DNA from: Podarcis erhardii
Taxonomy: Eukaryota
Assembly: GCA_964252035.1 (NCBI GenBank)
Contig: OZ176201.1
DNA: 64,000 nucleotides
Reading direction: 5' to 3' (one strand)
Part shown: positions 60,007-64,000 of the stretch, piece after piece
How positions within the stretch are numbered: position 1 is the first letter of the stretch
Layout: each line of letters begins with the position of its first letter
The notes under the pieces: generated by a model
Database searches by the model: none
Told to the model about the DNA's origin: nothing
The model's input: only the letters and a program-made list of their open reading frames with translations
Made by a program: the position numbers and the translations under genes

Positions 60007-60256
60007 CATTGGTAGGCAAACTAAGGCCCAGGAGCCAGATCTGGCCCAATCACCTTCTAAATCCGGCCCGCGAACGGACTGGGAATCAACGCGTTTTTAC
60101 ATGAGTAGAATGTGTGCTTTTATTTAAAATGCATCTCTGGGTTATTTGTGGGGCACAGGAATTCGTCGTCGTTTTTCAAAATATAGTCCGCCCCCCCGCC
60201 CCAATGTCTGAGGGGCAGTGGACCTGCCCCCTGCTGAAAAAGTTTGCTGACCCCTG
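60007..60256. mobile_element. hAT MITE (uninterrupted copy of the 6531-7349 host)
   Basis: Perfect 8-bp TSD tgctatat at 59999-60006 and 60257-60264. Confidence 0.85.
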
Positions 60257-61961
60257 TGCTATATGGATGCCATTTGGTAGCTCCTTATTAAAGTGGTAGC
60301 ATTTTTTTTTTGCAGCGAGAAAACACTATTCATATGTGGTATCAGGTATGAGGCAAGCTAGAGACACGGCTGTGAAGGCACAACCAGGAACCTTAAAGTG
60401 CGCTCCAGATTGTGCATTGGCAATGGAAAATAGGCTACAATTTTACTGCCCATCACCTGACTGGGATGGGAGAAAAATAGGTCTTCTAGATGAAATAATT
60501 ATGCTGCAGCCAACGGACAATGCCATGCAATAGTGTGTTTTTCTTTACACCTGTTTTTTCTGTTGGTTATTTTCCATATGTGGACCTCCAAACACACATC
60601 AGCAACAATTTATTGACCTGTGACCTACATCCAGTCCGCTATGTCTATATCTGTTATACAGCTGTTCATGGCGATGATATTAGACTGACAGCCTTTATGT
60701 AAATGTCACTTAGCTCCATGTTGCAACACAACACATTGCGTTTGAAAAAGGAGAAAACCTTCCCTACCTCCTTTGTTTGAATAAAAGTGTTTAGATGGAA
60801 TCTTTCAAGAATAAGAACCCAAATTTCAGCCCTTCTTCTCTACACAGAAACATTTTTACTCTAACTCAGCCCAACAATATTATAAATGTTCAGGCAAGGA
60901 GGAAATAAACGCATCGGGTGAAGGTTGGCAGAAATCAAGCAGAGTTGCCAGACATTGTTTATTTGCTTTTGCTGAAGTACAGAAACCTCTTAATTAATCT
61001 ACCCTAGACGCAGTAAATATTAGTCCACCTCTTTGTATTAGTATAGTGGATCCTCACAAAAGTTGCACGTGGTTCTTGCTTATCGATTCAGATGCTCTCG
61101 ATGTGTTTACATAGTGTAGTGGGACAGGGGAGACCTGGCTTCAAATTCCCGTTCAGCTCTTAAGTTGGTTGGCTGACCTTGGGGAGTCCCTCTACAATGA
61201 CACCCACACAGCACATAACCTGTTTTTATTGAAAGATGTGGTGATAGAAAGGGAGAGGGGCCATGCATATTGCCCTATGCTCCTTGAAGGAAAGTCAGGA
61301 TAAGGTACAGTAGGAGAAATAAATCCCAATTGAGGGATGGGGAGAAGGCAGATAGTAGTTAGTTACTCTGTTGCTGTGGATTTATTTCTGTGTTCCTTCA
61401 TTTTAAAAAAAACCCAAACCAATTCTATCTATGGAGTTATATTTTTCATCTGTACAAATTTTACAGTAATAACCTCCTGCAGGAAAGAATTAAATCCAGA
61501 AAGCAAATGGAATGTGCAATTGTACATATTGACCAGAGGATGGGTTGGTTTTTAGCAGACGGGGAGAGAGGCCAGCAAAATAACCCAGTGTTAACTCACA
61601 ATTCATAAGGAGGAAACTGCAAGATTTGAGACAAGGGAGCAGTCACTCATTCTTGCCATTTCAGAATGAAACCAATTTTAGAAAATCAACATCGCATCGA
61701 ACAGAAGCAAACATGCTTCCAATGCAGGTATGTCCCCAAACTGAACATTTTTCTTGTCAACCCTATTTGATTATCTTGTGAAACTCCTCGGTGTACGAGA
61801 TGGGAAGTTGCTAGACAGCTAGAGCATCTTAAGTGGGCTCCTCACGTAGGAAGAAGGGCAGCTGCACAACAGTGGAAACTACCAAGTGTCGCTTGAAATC
61901 AGTTTGACTTGTTGACTACCATTGTTGACTACCATTGTTACAGACAAAAGTAAAAGCCTAC

Positions 61962-62077
61962 CTGTCTTAGTCTCTCCATCTCCCTGTATGGAAGTTGATG
62001 GAACTGGATCTTTCTATATGACATGTTTGCCTTTATTCTTCTTATTTCTTTCATTTCTGTAAAGAATATCCAAAATC
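61962..62077 (-). CDS. LETMD1: LETMD1 exon 3
   Basis: GFWIFFTEMKEIRRIKANMSYRKIQFHQLPYREMERLRQ; cacag| and |gtaggc; 116 nt; not in the ORF track. Confidence 0.95.
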
Positions 62078-63576
62078 CTGTGGAAAATACAGAAATATTT
62101 TCAGATCTGGAACTGTTCTTCCTGAATGTTCAACCTCATGCCAAAGTCCTTCCCAAGCCTTTTACCTAAGAATAGAGTATCACTGCATAAAGAACAGGGC
62201 TAGGGAAGCTCTGACCCTCCAGATGCTGCTGAACTACAACCCGGCTCCCAGCATGCATGGCAAGTGGCCACAGAAGATGGGCATTGTAGTTCAGCAAAAT
62301 CTGGAGGACCAAAGATTCCCACAACTGGCATAAAGTAACACATACATGAATATTACGTCTCTGTCTCTCCCTTGCCTTGAATGATTCTTCTGACCCCTCT
62401 TAATCCCATCCTCTTTGTAAAACTCCAGCCAGCTAAATTGTTTTCTTTGCTTTAATAGTGTCAGGACATCATGGGGAAAGCCCAAATGCCTTGGCACTTC
62501 AAAGGGTTTTTCACAGCCTAACCTCTGTCTAAGGTTGCCATGAGGGTAAAAGGACATGCTCCTTGCCCACCATTCAGAGCTTCTCAGAAGCAGGAGATAA
62601 TGGGATAATGTTTCCTAAGCTCTAAAACAGGTTTTGTCTTCTCTCTCTTGCTATGCCTCTTACACATGAGCTTCTAACAAATTACTTCCTTCTCTCTAAT
62701 CCTGCAGAATCCACTGCCTTCCTCTACAGAGGGTCTTAAATTCTTCTTGCTCCTGCCTTTCCTTACTACAGCTATAATTTTGTTAGATGTACACGGAACT
62801 GCCTTCACTCAGAATCTTAACATGTTATTCCCCACCCCAAAAATCACACCATGGACTGTTTTGGTTTTTTTTGCAGATTTTTTTTTCCAGCAGGAACAAG
62901 CAATGGAAAGTTTCCATGCTCTCCTTTCTCATTCTGAGCTCTTGAGGCTGAAATGGAAATTTTTGTTCCAAACTCTAAACAAACATAATTCCTTTTGAAT
63001 TCCAAACTCATAAGAATTATGCTTCATAAGTCTAGGGTTTACGAGAAGAAGTAGGATAAAGCCATGGTTTGCAATCCTGGCATCACAAACCATAGGAGGT
63101 GGTGTTTTAAAAGCACAGTTCTCCAAAAGTGGACCTCGCGGGAAACCACAATTTATTTAAAATAAAAAAGGAAGCTTTCAATCTCCTATTTATTGGCTCA
63201 AAAAAGAACCAGACAGGAGGGTGTGTGAGCATATGCGTGGTTGAGGCTTCCGGCAGCTTGTCCTCATAGCAGGACACCAGTTCCCCATTATACCTGAAAT
63301 GGGTCTGTGCAAACACACAAACATGATGCTACAAATGTCATCCATATTGATACAAGAACTTGTTTCTTCATTCTCACTGTAACATGAACCTCCGCCATCC
63401 CTATTGCAACACAAGAAACGACACCCAGAAGATAAGGAGTCCCCACCTAGGGATGGGTTAGAAGTAAAGAAACTACTTTACACTGACAGATGCAAAAGCG
63501 TTTTGTTCTTAAGGTATCACATTCCTCCCAGAATCATGAAACGTGCACAAAGGTGTTTTTTTTAATAAAAACCCAC

Positions 63577-63728
63577 CTTTCAAGAAGGTTGAATATAGCT
63601 GGTAGAAACGTGGGAATGTTCTTTCCAAAAACCTTTCATACTTCTCATTCAGGTATTTGACTTTTGAAACCAAAGCAGAGAGTGGTTTTTTGGAATTTGC
63701 GTTTGCAGAAAATTGGCACACTGGAGGT
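63577..63728 (-). CDS. LETMD1: LETMD1 exon 2
   Basis: PPVCQFSANANSKKPLSALVSKVKYLNEKYERFLERTFPRFYQLYSTFLK; tttcag| and |gtgggt; 152 nt; exon 1 is outside the window. Confidence 0.9.
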
Positions 63729-64000
63729 CTGAAACGAAGGAAAGTGCGTGCAAGTCTTGAGTTCTATTGCCACGTATTTCAAGCCCTTTAGAATACAAAA
63801 AGGAAGTCACAACTACAATAGCTAATAAACGGGTATGTGTTGAGCAGCTGCATCTGACTGATGCACAGTCTAAGAGCTTAGCAATAAACTAGCCTATTAT
63901 GACCACAGTGCAAAAGATGGAGTGGGGGGGGGGAATCCATAGGCTATTTCAGGGATAAATGAAGATGAGGTTATGTGCATAATTTTTTCCACTTGCTAAT

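Overview
Vertebrate genomic DNA, most likely a squamate and probably a lacertid lizard (inferred from the Sauria, Squam3-like and tRNA-Lys/CR1 SINEs plus BovB). It holds two convergent protein-coding genes. (1) A complete CSRNP2 on +: CpG-island/TATA promoter at about 7.75-8.4 kb, non-coding exon 1, a ~27-kb intron 1, coding exons 35581-35731, 37273-37532, 43042-43338 and 44713-45615 (1611 nt, 536 aa), and a probable long 3' UTR to about 51.46 kb. (2) LETMD1 on -: exons 2-9 reconstructed by hand with canonical GT-AG sites (152/116/83/187/102/153/97/71 nt, stop at 53556); exon 1 lies beyond the window. The rest is a dense mix of non-LTR retroelements (BovB/RTE, L1, CR1, L2, SINEs) and non-autonomous DNA transposons (Tc1/mariner-pogo and hAT MITEs), many with readable target-site duplications and several nested. 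I found no convincing new multi-gene system, CRISPR array, functional RNA gene or intact transposase. The best leads are regulatory or structural: an upstream overlapping ORF across the CSRNP2 start, a young ~160-bp VNTR just behind exon 1, an L1 insertion at the promoter edge, GC-rich hairpin mariner MITEs, a (TG)n tract before an in-frame exon, a miRNA-site cluster in the distal UTR and an intronic RFX X-box. Family names come from recalled consensus features, not database searches.
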